This document shows positions 1-11,706 of a stretch of DNA of 64,000 nucleotides, piece after piece (the first letter of the stretch is position 1; every line of letters begins with the position of its first letter). The notes beneath the pieces were generated by a model. That model searched no databases, was not told the DNA's origin, and saw only the letters and a list, made by a program, of their open reading frames with translations. Position numbers and translations under genes: made by a program. Source of the stretch: Felis catus (lineage: Eukaryota); contig NC_058369.1 in assembly GCF_018350175.1 (NCBI RefSeq), positions 20,958,001-21,022,000 on the forward strand. The letters run 5' to 3'.

Positions 1-1815
1 ATTCATGGCCTGATGTGCATAAACCTCACGACACACACCAATTCCTCAATAATGGGTCACTAACTGATAACAACCGTGAATAACTACATGGGTGGACACT
101 GTCCTCCTCCTGGGTGGGCTGCCCAGTGATGTAGCCTCAGCCTAGGCCCCAGAACTCACCTGTTGGCCTCAGGTAGCAGGCTCTACTGTGTCCCTCTCAC
201 ATCCAACACAGACACAGGGCTAATCCCAGAGGACGATGTTCATGGGGAAGAGGGAGTAACACTTTCACGAGATGACCAAGTGGTGCTAAGTTATGGGCCT
301 GCCCTGCTGGTGTGAATTGGTTCTCCGCTCAGTGTTCACTCCAGCTGTAGGAGCAGCCTTGGTGCCTCCTCTCCTGCCCCCTTCTCCTCAAGTCTCTCAG
401 GGGGACGGGTGGTGGCTGAGAAGGAGGGACGCAGACCTACCCTGTCTGCCAATAGGCATCTCTGGGGCACATCACTAGACCCTGTCGTGTCTTTGGGGCT
501 GTCCTGGTGGAGGGGGTCTCTCCTCAGCCTGAGGCGCCTGCACAGCCCGGGGTCCCACAGAGGGGGCAGTCCCAGCAGAAGCTCATTCCTAATAGGCGCA
601 GTTGTGTGGATCATCACCAGACTCCTGCCATGAGACTGCCGTGTGGGGAGCCTGGGGCAGGAATCCCTGACTCCCCTGAAGAATCAGAAAAGCCAGCCCG
701 GGACAGAAGGACAAGTGGTGCTGTAGCCTAGTCCCTAAAGCCATCCTGTGACCCTCCTTCTGTGCTGTCTCATTCCAGGAGCTGTGTCCACAGCCGGCTC
801 CTGCCCCCAGGCTCTCTGCTTCTGCTCCAGGGTTGGTTCCCGGTTGAAAGTCAGAGCTTGTCAGACCGCAGTGATCGTGCTCACCAGCTCTTGGTGACCC
901 AGGAGCTCTGGATTCCTGTCTGAGGGGCAAGAGCACCACTGAGGAGGAACTAAGGGTGCAAAGGTCCAGAGCAGCGAGGGTGGATGAAGGGATGCCAAGT
1001 CCTGGGTAGGCCGGGGGTGATTCTGGGGGAGCAGGGGATGTGGGGTGTGTGTGGGGCTGGCGAGGAGCCGGCTTTGTGCTGAGGGGGCCTTGTTCATTTT
1101 CACCCTGGCTTCAGGAGGGAGGGTTTGCTGAAGGTTCGTAGACCTCGCTTGTTTTTACAGACTGGGGGCTCAAAGAAAAGAAGGGATGTGCCCAAAGTCA
1201 CATAGCAGGTGGGACCTGGGCCACCAGAGCCTGCTCCCACCCCTGCTAAATCCTGGTGACTAGGTTCCTCTCTATGGGGTATGTCAGAGGAGGGACTACC
1301 TAACCTCTGGGGTTCAATTTTATTTGGTTTAGGGGCCTGCCTTGGGGGTCCTGCATCCCCAGGAGGTCTTGCTTATTGTGGCCTGATCTAGGCCAAGGCC
1401 CAGGTTTGCTCTGTGCCTTAGTTTCCCAAGTCATACAGGGGAGTTCACAAAGTGAGATTTGGCCTGTACTCTTTGCCTCTTCTCACAGTGCACAGCGGAG
1501 ACGGGTGGTCCACAGCTCCGGGCAGAGAGGGGACAGGAGTGCCTGGGGCCCAGGGCACCTCCAGGCCTGTAGATCCAGCTCTGAGGGTGTGGTCAGCAGC
1601 CAGGAGAGGAGGCTGCAGGGGCTGGTGGCCAGAAAAGCCCAGGGTTTCTGGTATCTGGTGTTCTTTAACCTGCCCTCCAGCCCCCTCTGCCTTGGGTTCA
1701 CGGCTTCACCCCAGCTGAGTGCATCCTGAGGCAAGGCTCTCCCCACCCCTGCTAATTATGGCTGGTCACAAAAGCTGGACCGTGACCAGACAAAGGGATA
1801 GGGATGAAAGTGCTG

Positions 1816-2003
1816 GTTGTCATGGCAACCTGGAGGGTTGCTGAGACCCAGGGGAGGGGCTTGGCTGTGTGCCTGAGCCCAGGCATCTGGATGACCTCTG
1901 AGCATAAGCCAGGGTGGCCCAGGGGCTCATAGGGATTCCCCCTCCTGTTCTGGGCCTACCAGAACTGGACGTACAATGGCAACTTCACCCCCTCCATGGC
2001 AAC
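1816..2003. promoter_or_regulatory. Distal cluster of RFX X-box motifs
   Basis: GTTGTCATGGCAAC 1816-1829, GTACAATGGCAAC 1971-1983, CTCCATGGCAAC 1992-2003. Confidence 0.6.
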
Positions 2004-3135
2004 ACCTGCTCCCTGGGCCTCTCCCAGTGGCCCCATTATCCTGCACCTGCTGCCCCCCGTCCCACACCTGCTCCCCAGTCCAGGCGCCCTTCCCAAGGTC
2101 CCCTCTGCCCATCCCCAGGCCCAGCTGCCTGCTCTGAGGGCCAGCCAAGAGGGGGTGTGGAATCAGGAAGGGTCCCAGGGAGGGCCCTGGGCAAGGGCAG
2201 AGGGTCCAGCTGCCAAGCCAGCTCTGCCTGATCAGCAGTGCACGTGCTCATGACAAGACCTCCTTCAGGGCCTCAGTCTTCTCACCCGTAAAATGGGAAC
2301 AGCCATTCCTGCCCTCAGGGCCTACCGAGAGTAAGTTTATTTCTGCTTGGAAGGAGATCTGAGACCAGGATGTCACCAGAGCTGGGTCAGGGTAGACAGT
2401 GAGGTTGGAAAGAGAAGAGAGAAGGGGTCGTCTTGGGTCATATTCTCAGGGCCATCTCTGTTAGACCACTTGGAGACCTGAATGTCTTCCTGTCACAGCT
2501 TGGAAGGTCACAGCTTGGAGCCGGAGAGGACATTTTCCAGGGGACCCTCAGGGTAGAGGGGATCTGGGCAGGAACCCCATCAGTACCAGGTTCTTGAGTG
2601 GCCTGTCAGGAGTACTAAGGGACACCCCTCCGCATCAGGGAGAGTGCATACTCCCAGAGCATGGCCTGAGGGGTCTCTGGTGATCCAATAGTTCAATTCA
2701 GGTCAGGAAACTGAAATCCTAGGAGCTGTAGTTTCTGGCTGTCTGGTATCCCACCACCAGAGAGTGGAATGGAGGGACAAGAGAGCAGGAGGCGTGGCTC
2801 GCCAATGCCCCAACTGCTCCTGGAAAGGGATGGGGATTCCCATGGCGACTGGTTTTTGTCCTGTGGCTCACATTCTAGAGGTTCCCTACACCCTATGGGA
2901 CAGCCCCAGTTTCTCCTCATACTTGGCTGTAACCTTGGGTGAGGCCCTTCCCTTCTTGCCACCTCGGTTTGCCCACCTGGAGAGTGGGAGCAGATTGTCA
3001 AGGAGGCGGTCAGCTCCAGCTGCTGCCCCAGCTGTTTGAAGGCTCCCTAGCCATCTTGGCCACTGATGGCCGCCCCATCTCTCTAGTGAGGAATTTCCTC
3101 CCTTGAACAAAGTATCCTTACTGACCTGTCTGGAA

Positions 3136-3231
3136 TTTTTCTTTTCTTTTCTTTTCTTTTCTTTTCTTTTCTTTTCTTTTCTTTTCTTTTCTTTTCTTTT
3201 CTTTTCTTTTCTTTTCTTTTCTTTTCTTTTC

Positions 3232-3291
<60 letters not shown>

Positions 3292-3381
3292 TCATTTCCT
3301 CCTTCCTTCCTTCCTTCTTTCCTTCCTTCCTTCCTTTCTCTCTTTCTCTCCCTCCCTCCTTCCTGCCTTCCTTTCTCTCTC

Positions 3382-3448
<67 letters not shown>

Positions 3449-3449
3449 T

Positions 3450-3501
<52 letters not shown>

Positions 3502-3503
3502 TC
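3136..3503. repeat. Compound pyrimidine microsatellite (TTTTC)n(TTTC)n(TTCC)n(TTTC)n
   Basis: Directly visible; only two purines in ~370 bp; forms the tail of the adjacent SINE. Confidence 0.97.
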
Positions 3504-3668
3504 ATTTTGAGAGAGAGAGCACACATGCAGGGGAGGGGTAGAGAAAGAGAGAATACAAAGTAGGCTCTGCATGGTCAGTGCAGATCCCGACATGGAGCTC
3601 GAACTCTCGAACCATGAGATCAGGAGTCAGATGCTTAACTGCTTAATCGACTGAGCACCAGGCACCCC
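3504..3668 (-). mobile_element. Can-SINE (SINEC)
   Basis: tRNA-like head, (GA)n; TSD gacctgtctgg(a/g)attt at 3123-3138 and 3669-3684. Confidence 0.88.
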
Positions 3669-5008
3669 GACCTGTCTGGGATTTCTTACATATTCCCTCC
3701 CAGAGGTGTGGCAGGGGCAAAGCTTTTGCCAGGAATGGGGGCATCTGGGGCAGGGCAACAGTCCTAGTGTCCCTCAGACCATTCTGTATAGGTGGTTCTG
3801 GTGCAGGCCTCAGCAAGTCTTGTGGACTCCACTGTGCAGATGGAAAAACTAAGGCCTAGCAAGGGAAGAGATTTGCCTAGTGAGTCAGCAGCAGAACCCA
3901 GGCCTCCTGCCCTGTTCATAGAACTTTCTAGGGGTGGGTCAGAATGGTTGTCTGGTCCCCAGACTCAATAAACTCAGGCTCCCTGGAGAAGGGAGGTGGG
4001 GGCACTTGGTGGGTCATGGAACCATGATGATGAGGCCATCCCCAGTCTGCCAAGAGATCATTCAGTCAGTGTTCAGTGTTCAGTGAGTTCCTTGGGGCCA
4101 AGGGGAAATCAGAGGCACTCAGAGCCTAATTACAACAAACAGCTTCCTGTGTAGAGGTCTATCACTGAGACCCCCTCTTGGCCCCTGCTCCTGGAGAGTG
4201 GAAACTCAACATCCTGGACCCTGTTCTGGGGACGGTCTGGAATTTCAGGTCAGAGGGAGGTAGGCTGGGGAAGAGGGTGTGAAGGTGAGACTGTGTACAG
4301 CTGGTCGATGGTCACCATCTCCGGGGTGGTGGCTCTCATGTGTGTTATTGTTTCTTAGTTATCTCCCTAAGGGTTCTTCTAGGACTCATCGATCTGCAGG
4401 GCTGCTGGGAAAAGCAGCACCCCCACCGCCACCCCCCACCATTCCTGCTGTTCAAGCCCACCCTCCAGTTGGGTGACACAGCAGTGACCAATGTATGGTT
4501 GCCTACCAAGGTGTACTGACCATGGTCCTTTGGGCCCCTGAAGAGAGTATAAGGGTGTTCTGTGGGCTGAGGCAATCAGGGAGGGCTTCCTGAGGAGGTG
4601 TGGCCTGAGATGGGATGGGAAGTTGTAGAAAAACTGAGAGGGAGGAAATTCTCATTAGGAAGCTCCACGTGAGTACAGGTGGCAATGGATTTGGGCTGAG
4701 GGCTAGGATGAGGCCTCAGCATTCATGGGCCGGGGTCCTCAATCTTCCAGTCTCCCAGGAACTCCTACTCCTCCCTGAGTGCTGGGCTTTTAAGGTCTTA
4801 TCTGTCAAGCTGACCTCATAGATCCCAGGAGAATTAATTTGTCTCCATTTTTATTCATCAAAGAAAGTTCTGGTCAGAGCTGCTGAAGCCAGCTGGCCAA
4901 TGACAGAGAAGGGGGAAGGTCAGAGGCAGCCTAGGGAGAGCGGTGAACCCCAGACCTCACCTAGCCCTCTGACAGCCCCCATGTCTGTGACTCAGTTTCT
5001 CTTAACAG

Positions 5009-5480
5009 CTCAGAGCCCCTGGCTTAGAAAACCAGAGGGAGATCTTGGGGGCCCAAGAGGCTGGCTGGCGGCTGGTGGGGAGTGGATAGCTCCAGCCATC
5101 CTGTCTGGATGCCTGTCGCCCTCTGTTCCGGCTGGCCGGCCACATGAAGGGCTCATTCTGCTGTCTATTCACACGGGACTTTCATCTCCGCCGCCAGTGA
5201 AGCATTGCTCCCAGCTTCAGCACTGCCAGCAGGAAGGCACAGGGGAGGGGGAGCCTAGGATTGCCATGCCCTCAGACCTCTTGCCCAAAAGGCATGAGCC
5301 TAGGTGCCCTAAACAGTCTGCTTGCCCAAGCTCTAAGTTTCCAGGCTACCAGAGATGGGTACAGGACCCCCACTCACAAGCTCTTGCAGGAACCCAGTCT
5401 TTCCTATTTCAACAAGAGCAAGGCTGGCTTCCCTTCCAGCCCCCAGAGAACAGAGCAAAAGACTGCCCTCCCACCACAGG
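5009..5480 (+). other. Candidate upstream coding exon (possible N-terminal extension of DNAH1, or part of a separate small gene)
   Basis: tttctcttaacAG| acceptor, |GTAGGT donor, 472 nt open frame, phase-compatible with DNAH1 exon 2. Confidence 0.4.
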
Positions 5481-5911
5481 GTAGGTGGGATCCCTGGGGG
5501 TGGGGGGGGGGAGGTCATGGCTCAGCCCCTTGTTCCTCTCTCAGGGAACAGGTAAGTATGGTGGCCTCCAGGGCAGGGCAGGAAAAGCAAAGCCTAAACC
5601 CATGCTCAACCACTGGAGAAGATGGAGGCATTAGAGGGTGGACACTTGAGACCTAAGAGAGCAGGGACTGACCCCAGTGTCCTGCCAGGGAGGGAGGGAG
5701 GCAGTCATACCCACTGCCCACACTTACAGAGGGGCAGAGTCGAGGTGGCAGGACTGCTGGGAGAAGCAGACCCCCTGGCCCCCATGCCCCAGGTAAGGGA
5801 CACAGCAGTGACTATCTCATGGTGGGGAGTGGGGGATCTGTGGGCTGGACCTTCTGAGAGTAGACCCTTCCTGCAGTGGCCTATCCATCTGTCTGGCAGC
5901 CATGGCCCCTG

Positions 5912-6013
5912 TGACATCATCAACCCACTGCGTTGCTTGGCAACTTTCCAGGATTAGCACTCTGCCCCTGTCATCCCTGACGTCCCACCATGGGCTGATG
6001 TTGCCCTGGCAAC
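5912..6013. promoter_or_regulatory. Two X-boxes plus two CRE-like sites
   Basis: TGACATCA 5912-5919, GTTGCTTGGCAAC 5932-5944, TGACGTC 5978-5984, GTTGCCCTGGCAAC 6000-6013. Confidence 0.6.
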
Positions 6014-6829
6014 CCGGATGGGTACTGCAGCTTTTTGGACAGCTGTACCCAGTGTGGGAAGTGCCAGGAAAAATCCAGGAAGCAGGTGCCTCTTTCTAGG
6101 TCGAACAGGGTACACAGCCTATCCCCAGACCCACAAAGGAGCCAGGCTGTCCTAAGCAGGGCTTTGAGGGTTTTTGTCTCCTCAAAGAGCTTTGGTCAGC
6201 TTTGCCTCCAATCCCCCTTATACCCTTTCCTTCCTCCGACAATGATCACTAAGCACCTACTGTGTGAATGCCAACAAGAAAAGCAAATAACACTACAGTT
6301 TGAGCTTAGGGAAAGTTGCACCAACATTGGATCTTGAAGGATGAATAGGAGTTGGCCAGGGGTAGGAGTTGGTGGAGAGAGGTGTTCTGGACAGAGGAAG
6401 CAGAAACCTGTACGAAGGCCAAATCACTGTCTCCAGCCACAGCTTACACTCTGCCTCTGGACTCCTCATGGCCTGGCCTCTCTGGCTCTCTCTTTCAACA
6501 GACATTTTAAGGCAGAAACCAGTTTAAATCTGAATGCTCAGTGCCCAGCACTGGCTTGACACTAAGGTAGCATAACTAAAATGTCAAATAGAATTGGACA
6601 TTTGTTTAATGAACCTCGGGTCCTCCTACCTCCCTCAACACCAACCTGCCTCACCAAACCTCAGTTTCCCCATCTATGAAATGGGGCCAATGCGGAGAAA
6701 GCTCTCTGGGTAAGGGTTCTCAGGTTGAGGTGGGATGGTTTTTAAATTTTCTTTTGGTTTGTAACCCACCTCTTACCCTGACCCTCTCCCCCCACTCCCC
6801 CCCCACACCCCGCCAAATGTTTAAGACTA

Positions 6830-7200
6830 GTGCAGTGGACATCAGTAAACGTTTATATTTCTCAGTTGTCAGTATTGGACCATTTTTGCTTCATCTCCTA
6901 ACTATACTTATCTATATATAAATCTAGCCAAACCATTTGAAAGGAAGTCACAGCAGCGGATATCCTGACATTTGTCCTGAAATTCTTCAGCCCACATCAG
7001 TTAAGACAGGGACAGTCTCCTATACAACCACAATATCATTTTTCACATCTAAGAAAATTAACAAAAATTCAATATCCAGGACAGACAGGAGGATCAAAGC
7101 CTGAACTCATGCCAGGTCCTTGGAACAGATGGGTGACTGAGGCCAAAGATCGGGGGCAGGAGCACCCACTGCCCACCCTGAGGAGGCTGAGTTGCAGCCT

Positions 7201-7247
<47 letters not shown>

Positions 7248-7440
7248 CTGTACAAGCTGAACCTCCAGAGAACAGAAGTGACCCTTTTCGCAACGATCTG
7301 ACCATCTGGCCCACAGCTGTGGCTTAGATATGAACTTCCTCAATTATTACCCCCAAATTATTCACATAACTTTACTTCTTATTTTATTTATTTTCCCCAG
7401 GATTCAATCAAAGTCCTTACCCTGCGTTTGCTGTTTTGTC
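6830..7440 (-). mobile_element. Old L1M (L1MC/ME-like) 3' fragment, interrupted
   Basis: AT-rich; motif ctcctatacaaccacaatatcattttcacatctaagaaaattaac resembles old L1 3' ends. Confidence 0.5.
7202..7245. repeat. (TG)n microsatellite
   Basis: Directly visible. Confidence 0.97.
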
Positions 7441-7499
7441 TCTTTACTCTAGAAGAGTCAGGGAGGGGAGACAGGTAATGGAGCCTGGGTTTGACAGAC

Positions 7500-7860
7500 T
7501 AGAGGGCGGCCACTGTCCCCATCCCGCCGAGGAAAGACGGGAGCACAGGGCGGGAGGAACCAAGTCCCAGCCTGTGGGTGGTGTTGGGCGAGGGGACTTG
7601 CAGACCCGGGGAGCGTTCGGGGGCGGAAGTCCCGCCCGCCGCGCGGATGATCCCGCCCCTTAGCAACAGGCCCAGCGTCCCTCCCTAGAGACGGGCCACC
7701 AGACCGCACTCTGCTCGTTGGAGCCGGTAAGTCGGTGGCCACCGAGGGGGATGGTTGGGCCAGCAGGGGCAGGGGCACCTCGATAAGGCACAGAAGGCGA
7801 GTGGACGGGAAGGAGGACTCCCTTCCGGCCCAGGGTCCACATTCCTGTCTCTGACTGCGC
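7500..7860 (+). promoter_or_regulatory. DNAH1: CpG-rich DNAH1 promoter with ETS site, GC boxes and RFX half-site
   Basis: Densest CpG cluster upstream of the CDS; GCGGAAGT 7623-7630, CCCGCCC at 7631 and 7652, TAGCAAC 7661-7667. Confidence 0.75.
7661..7726 (+). other. DNAH1: Probable non-coding exon 1 (start approximate)
   Basis: CCG|GTAAGT consensus donor at 7727 inside the CpG island; no ATG in the exon. Confidence 0.7.
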
Positions 7861-10421
7861 ATTCAGTTTCCTGAACCTCGGCCAGGGGGAAAGGAGTGGG
7901 GGGCACTTTTAAATAACCTTCCAGGTAAGCCCTGTACTTACTAGACTGACTTTTTGCCCTCCCCCCGCCCCACACGCGGAGAATGTAGCCACAACTCCCC
8001 GCCCTGTGGAAGGCCCCTGCAGGCAAGGAGCCTAAGTCCTTATCAGCCACACACACAGTCCCTCTCCTGATGTCAGCTGCAGCCTTAGTCCTCCATGTCC
8101 CCATCTGCAAATCCTCAGAGCACCGCCGTCCCTATCTCACAGACTCGTTACAGACATCAGCTTTCTTTCCTTACTTTTCTCACTCATGAAATCATTTGGC
8201 AGACACCTTTGAGGCACCTACTCTGTGCCAAGCCTGTGCCAGTCCTGTGCTAGGTGCTGAGGTTCCAGAGACCAACGTCACCCCCAAATTCCTGCATTTG
8301 CAGCTCTTACGATCATCTGGCAGGGAGGATAGATGCGCACATACAATACAGGGAGGTGTTCGCTGGAGGGAAGAGCCTCAGACAGATGTGGGAGCACAGA
8401 GGGGCTCACGTTAGGTGAGTACTCCAAAAAGGCGGAGAGAACCCCACGCCTGTCGGGGTTATTGCTATCCACAGTAGTAGTGTTTGCCAGGTAGCCCCCA
8501 CAAGGGAAGAGACTTCGAAAATCCTTTAAGCCACAGATCTATTAGATGACACCTTACACAGAACCTGGTATGTGAAACAGATACAGGGTCTTTGCTGAAT
8601 CCAAGGTTGGGTGGCTCTGAATTTCTTCTGCTTTGGCCCTCCTCCCCACAAGCACTCACCAAAGAACCTCAGGGCTCTTTGGTGCACAGTTTGAGAACCA
8701 CTGTGGTGTTGCTTAGGGACATGGATCTTTGGGTCAGCCAGAAGTGAAGACCTCAGTTTCCCTTCTGGTTCTGTCAGTTCTTGGCTGTGTGTCCTTTGCA
8801 AGTTTCTTGACTTCTCTGGACCTTCATTTCCTTGTTTGTGGATTGGTGATGGTAGTAGTATGTGTCGTGAGGATCAAACCCCCTTGTTCATTTGTGTCCA
8901 TCCAGCCAGTGCCTGGTGGGTGGTTGGGTCACATGGGGTTGAATGTCACTAAATCCAACCTGAAGCTTCTTCTGACTCAAGCAATTAGGACTCTCAGGTG
9001 GTCTGACTGGGTCCACCTGTGCCTCTTGCTGGCTGGCTGAACTTGCACAGGTCCCTTAACCTCTCTGAACCTCATTTGCCCTACCTCTGAGAAATGAGGA
9101 TAGTCTCAGTTCTCACCTCAGAGGTTTGAACGAGATGTTGCACAAACTACATGTAAGCCCCTAATAGCATTCACCATTCCCACACACTGTGTCTGCTGGG
9201 GCCACCCCTGCCATCTTACTGGTCAGTTTCCTCATGTAAGAGGAGAGAGTACCCAGAGTGAGCAGCAGAGGCTTGCTGGTAACCATTCCCGGCCCCACTC
9301 ATTCCCACATAGAGGCAGCCATCACTGGTGGGGCTGATAGGAGACAGAGGTGGATCTGTCTGTGATTCTGTCACAGGTCCTGTGCACACCAGCAATGCAC
9401 AGGTGCCTAGAGCTGGGGTGGGATGGGAAGGGAGCCGTGGATCTTTGTAAAGGGCTGAGGGATGGAGGAGAGACAGGATTCTGAGTTTGCAGCTTGCTCT
9501 CATGCCTTCCTTCATGGAATGTGTCTGTATGGATCCCCCACTGCCAGACTTCTTGGAGGGAGTTGGCTCATGGGAGAAAAAATACCCCCAACACAGGCTC
9601 CTTTTGCCTCCAGTAACACTGTGCTTTCCTGGACATTTCTGCATCTGTCATCTTGGCTGAGCCTGATGACGCACCAGCTCAGCAGCCCAACATATTCAAG
9701 CACATTTGAGAGCTGGGGAAACCAGGGAGTGGGATGCCCTCCTGTGGAGTGGGGACCCCACCTCTCCAAGAACTGCCCTGTTTGGTGATTTTGTTCAAAG
9801 ATGAGCAGACATCTTTGGGTTTGCAGCCATGATGGAGCTGAGCCCCAGTGGGTCCTCTGTCCGTTAGGGTGCTCTGGGAAGGGCTGGTGACTGTCAGATG
9901 GGTAGGCCAAACTCAACATTGTTTTTAGGGCCTGCCCCAGGAGGTGGATGACTCCCAGGGAATGGGTTCAGGGAGCCGAGTTCTAGTAGGACACTGGTTA
10001 GAAACTGGTCAGCCTCTGGGCTCAGAGTTTGGGCCTTTCTGCCAGAGCCCTATCTGGCCTTTCATGGGCCCTAAAGTGGTCTTGCCAACTCACCACCTCC
10101 TTCTTAGAAACAGACTCAGCACTTCAGGCTGCTTCAGCACTGCTGGGTAGCTTTGATCCAGACAGTCCTGGCTGCCCAGCCCGCCTTTCAGGTCAGTCCA
10201 GACAGGATTACCCTGCAGTGATCCAACAGGAAGCCTACACCAGCCAGGCATGCTTAAAATGGAGACAACAGGGCACGAAACATCCAGCCAACAGAGCGGC
10301 TTGTACCGTGAACTCCTGGCTACTTTGTCGCAGTGTGCAGGGGTTGGGAAATGGGATGGGGCCAGAGGAGAGGGTGATGCTTGGGTCAGGGTATTCTTTT
10401 GTTAAGATACCCTCTCTTTTT

Positions 10422-10704
10422 TATTAATTTATTTTTTTAAAGATTTGTTTGTTTGTTTATTTTTAATATAATTTATCGTCAAGTTGGCTAACATACCGTG
10501 TATATGGTGTGCTCTTCGTTTTGAGGGTAGATTCCCATGATTCACTGCTTACATACAACACCCAGTGCTCATCCCAACAGGTGCCCCCCTCAATGCCCAT
10601 CACCCATTTTCTCCTCTTCCCCACCCTTCCCCCATCAACCCTCAGTTTGTTCTCTGTATTTAAGAGTCTCTTACGGTTTGCCTCCCTCCCTCTCTATTTG
10701 TAAC
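10422..10704 (-). mobile_element. 5'-truncated carnivore L1 (L1_Carn/L1_Fc-like 3' end)
   Basis: Characteristic 3' end (cacccagtgctcatccc...); TSD aagata(c/a)cctctcttttt at 10404 and 10705. Confidence 0.85.
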
Positions 10705-11706
10705 AAGATAACCTCTCTTTTTAAATGACATTGTTATTGAGATAATTATAGACTCACTCCCTTTTTATTTTTGTACCTGCATTACATGAAAACCTCTTCA
10801 TCACCATACCCTTGTCCAAATTTCTTATAACCCTGCCCTGACCAAGGATTTCCCCCAGTGATACGTTTTGAGGTAGCCAAAAGCAACAGCGGCTTGGCAA
10901 GGGCTTGCTCAGCCTGTAGTAAAAGTTCTGCAAACCCTTGTCCCTGGGATGGTGGATGTGTATGCAGCCCCGTGGTACACGTGCTGTTCCTGCTGGGGAG
11001 ACGCAAGGGGATGCATTGCATGAGCTGAGCTGACCCTGAGAGCCAGGGCGGCTGAATACCCTTCTGTAACTGGCAGCGGGATCTGTGGGTCACGGGAAGG
11101 TCAGGATCCCTCCAGGGAGACCATTTGGTCCTCTGGCTCCTGGGTTATGGTGTGGGGCAGACACAGGTGGGGGAGACAGCGCGTGGCCCAGCACCCCACA
11201 GTAGGGAGAGACAGGGCAGTTCAGTTGGGCTGGGGCACCAGGGCTGCCTCCTGCTGAAAGTCATTTTGGGGAAAACCAAACAGGGCCTTTCACTGAGTGA
11301 ACTCTGGGCCACCCTCCTCGTCTCCTTTGTGAGTAACTAGGCCTTGCTGTCTAACATGGAGGAGAGGGGGTGAGCAGGTGTAGAAGGACGCACTGCAGCG
11401 GGGGCATCTGCAGAGCTTCCCTGACTCCCCTCACTCTGCCCCTGACTCTGGGGGCTCATTTCTCACATGCCACATCCAGGGAAGGCCCTGCTGTCTCCTG
11501 GTGGGACCTGCCTGGCACTGCGTGTCTGTGTCTGTCCAAATTAGGAGACCACTTCCTCCCTCTCCACCCTCTGTGTGGCAAGCTGTGGCCGGTTGCAGGA
11601 TGCAGATGAGGCATCCCTGTGTCCCGGTGCCCCTGGGGGCTGAACAGAAGCCAGCAAGGGCCCAGTGATGCCAGTATCTTCTCCTAGGAGCACCTCAAGA
11701 AGCAGC

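Noticed and set aside
1..1700. Possible end of the neighbouring gene or a miRNA (GLYCTK/miR-135a region in human, from memory)
   Set aside because: No matching coding sequence or mature miRNA sequence seen
1914..2253. Pro-rich ORFs next to the distal X-boxes
   Set aside because: GC-rich sequence, no recognisable homology; the ATG at 1996 lies inside an X-box motif
2886..3593. Long K/E/R-rich and F/L/S-rich ORFs (235, 147 and 135 aa)
   Set aside because: Translations of the microsatellite
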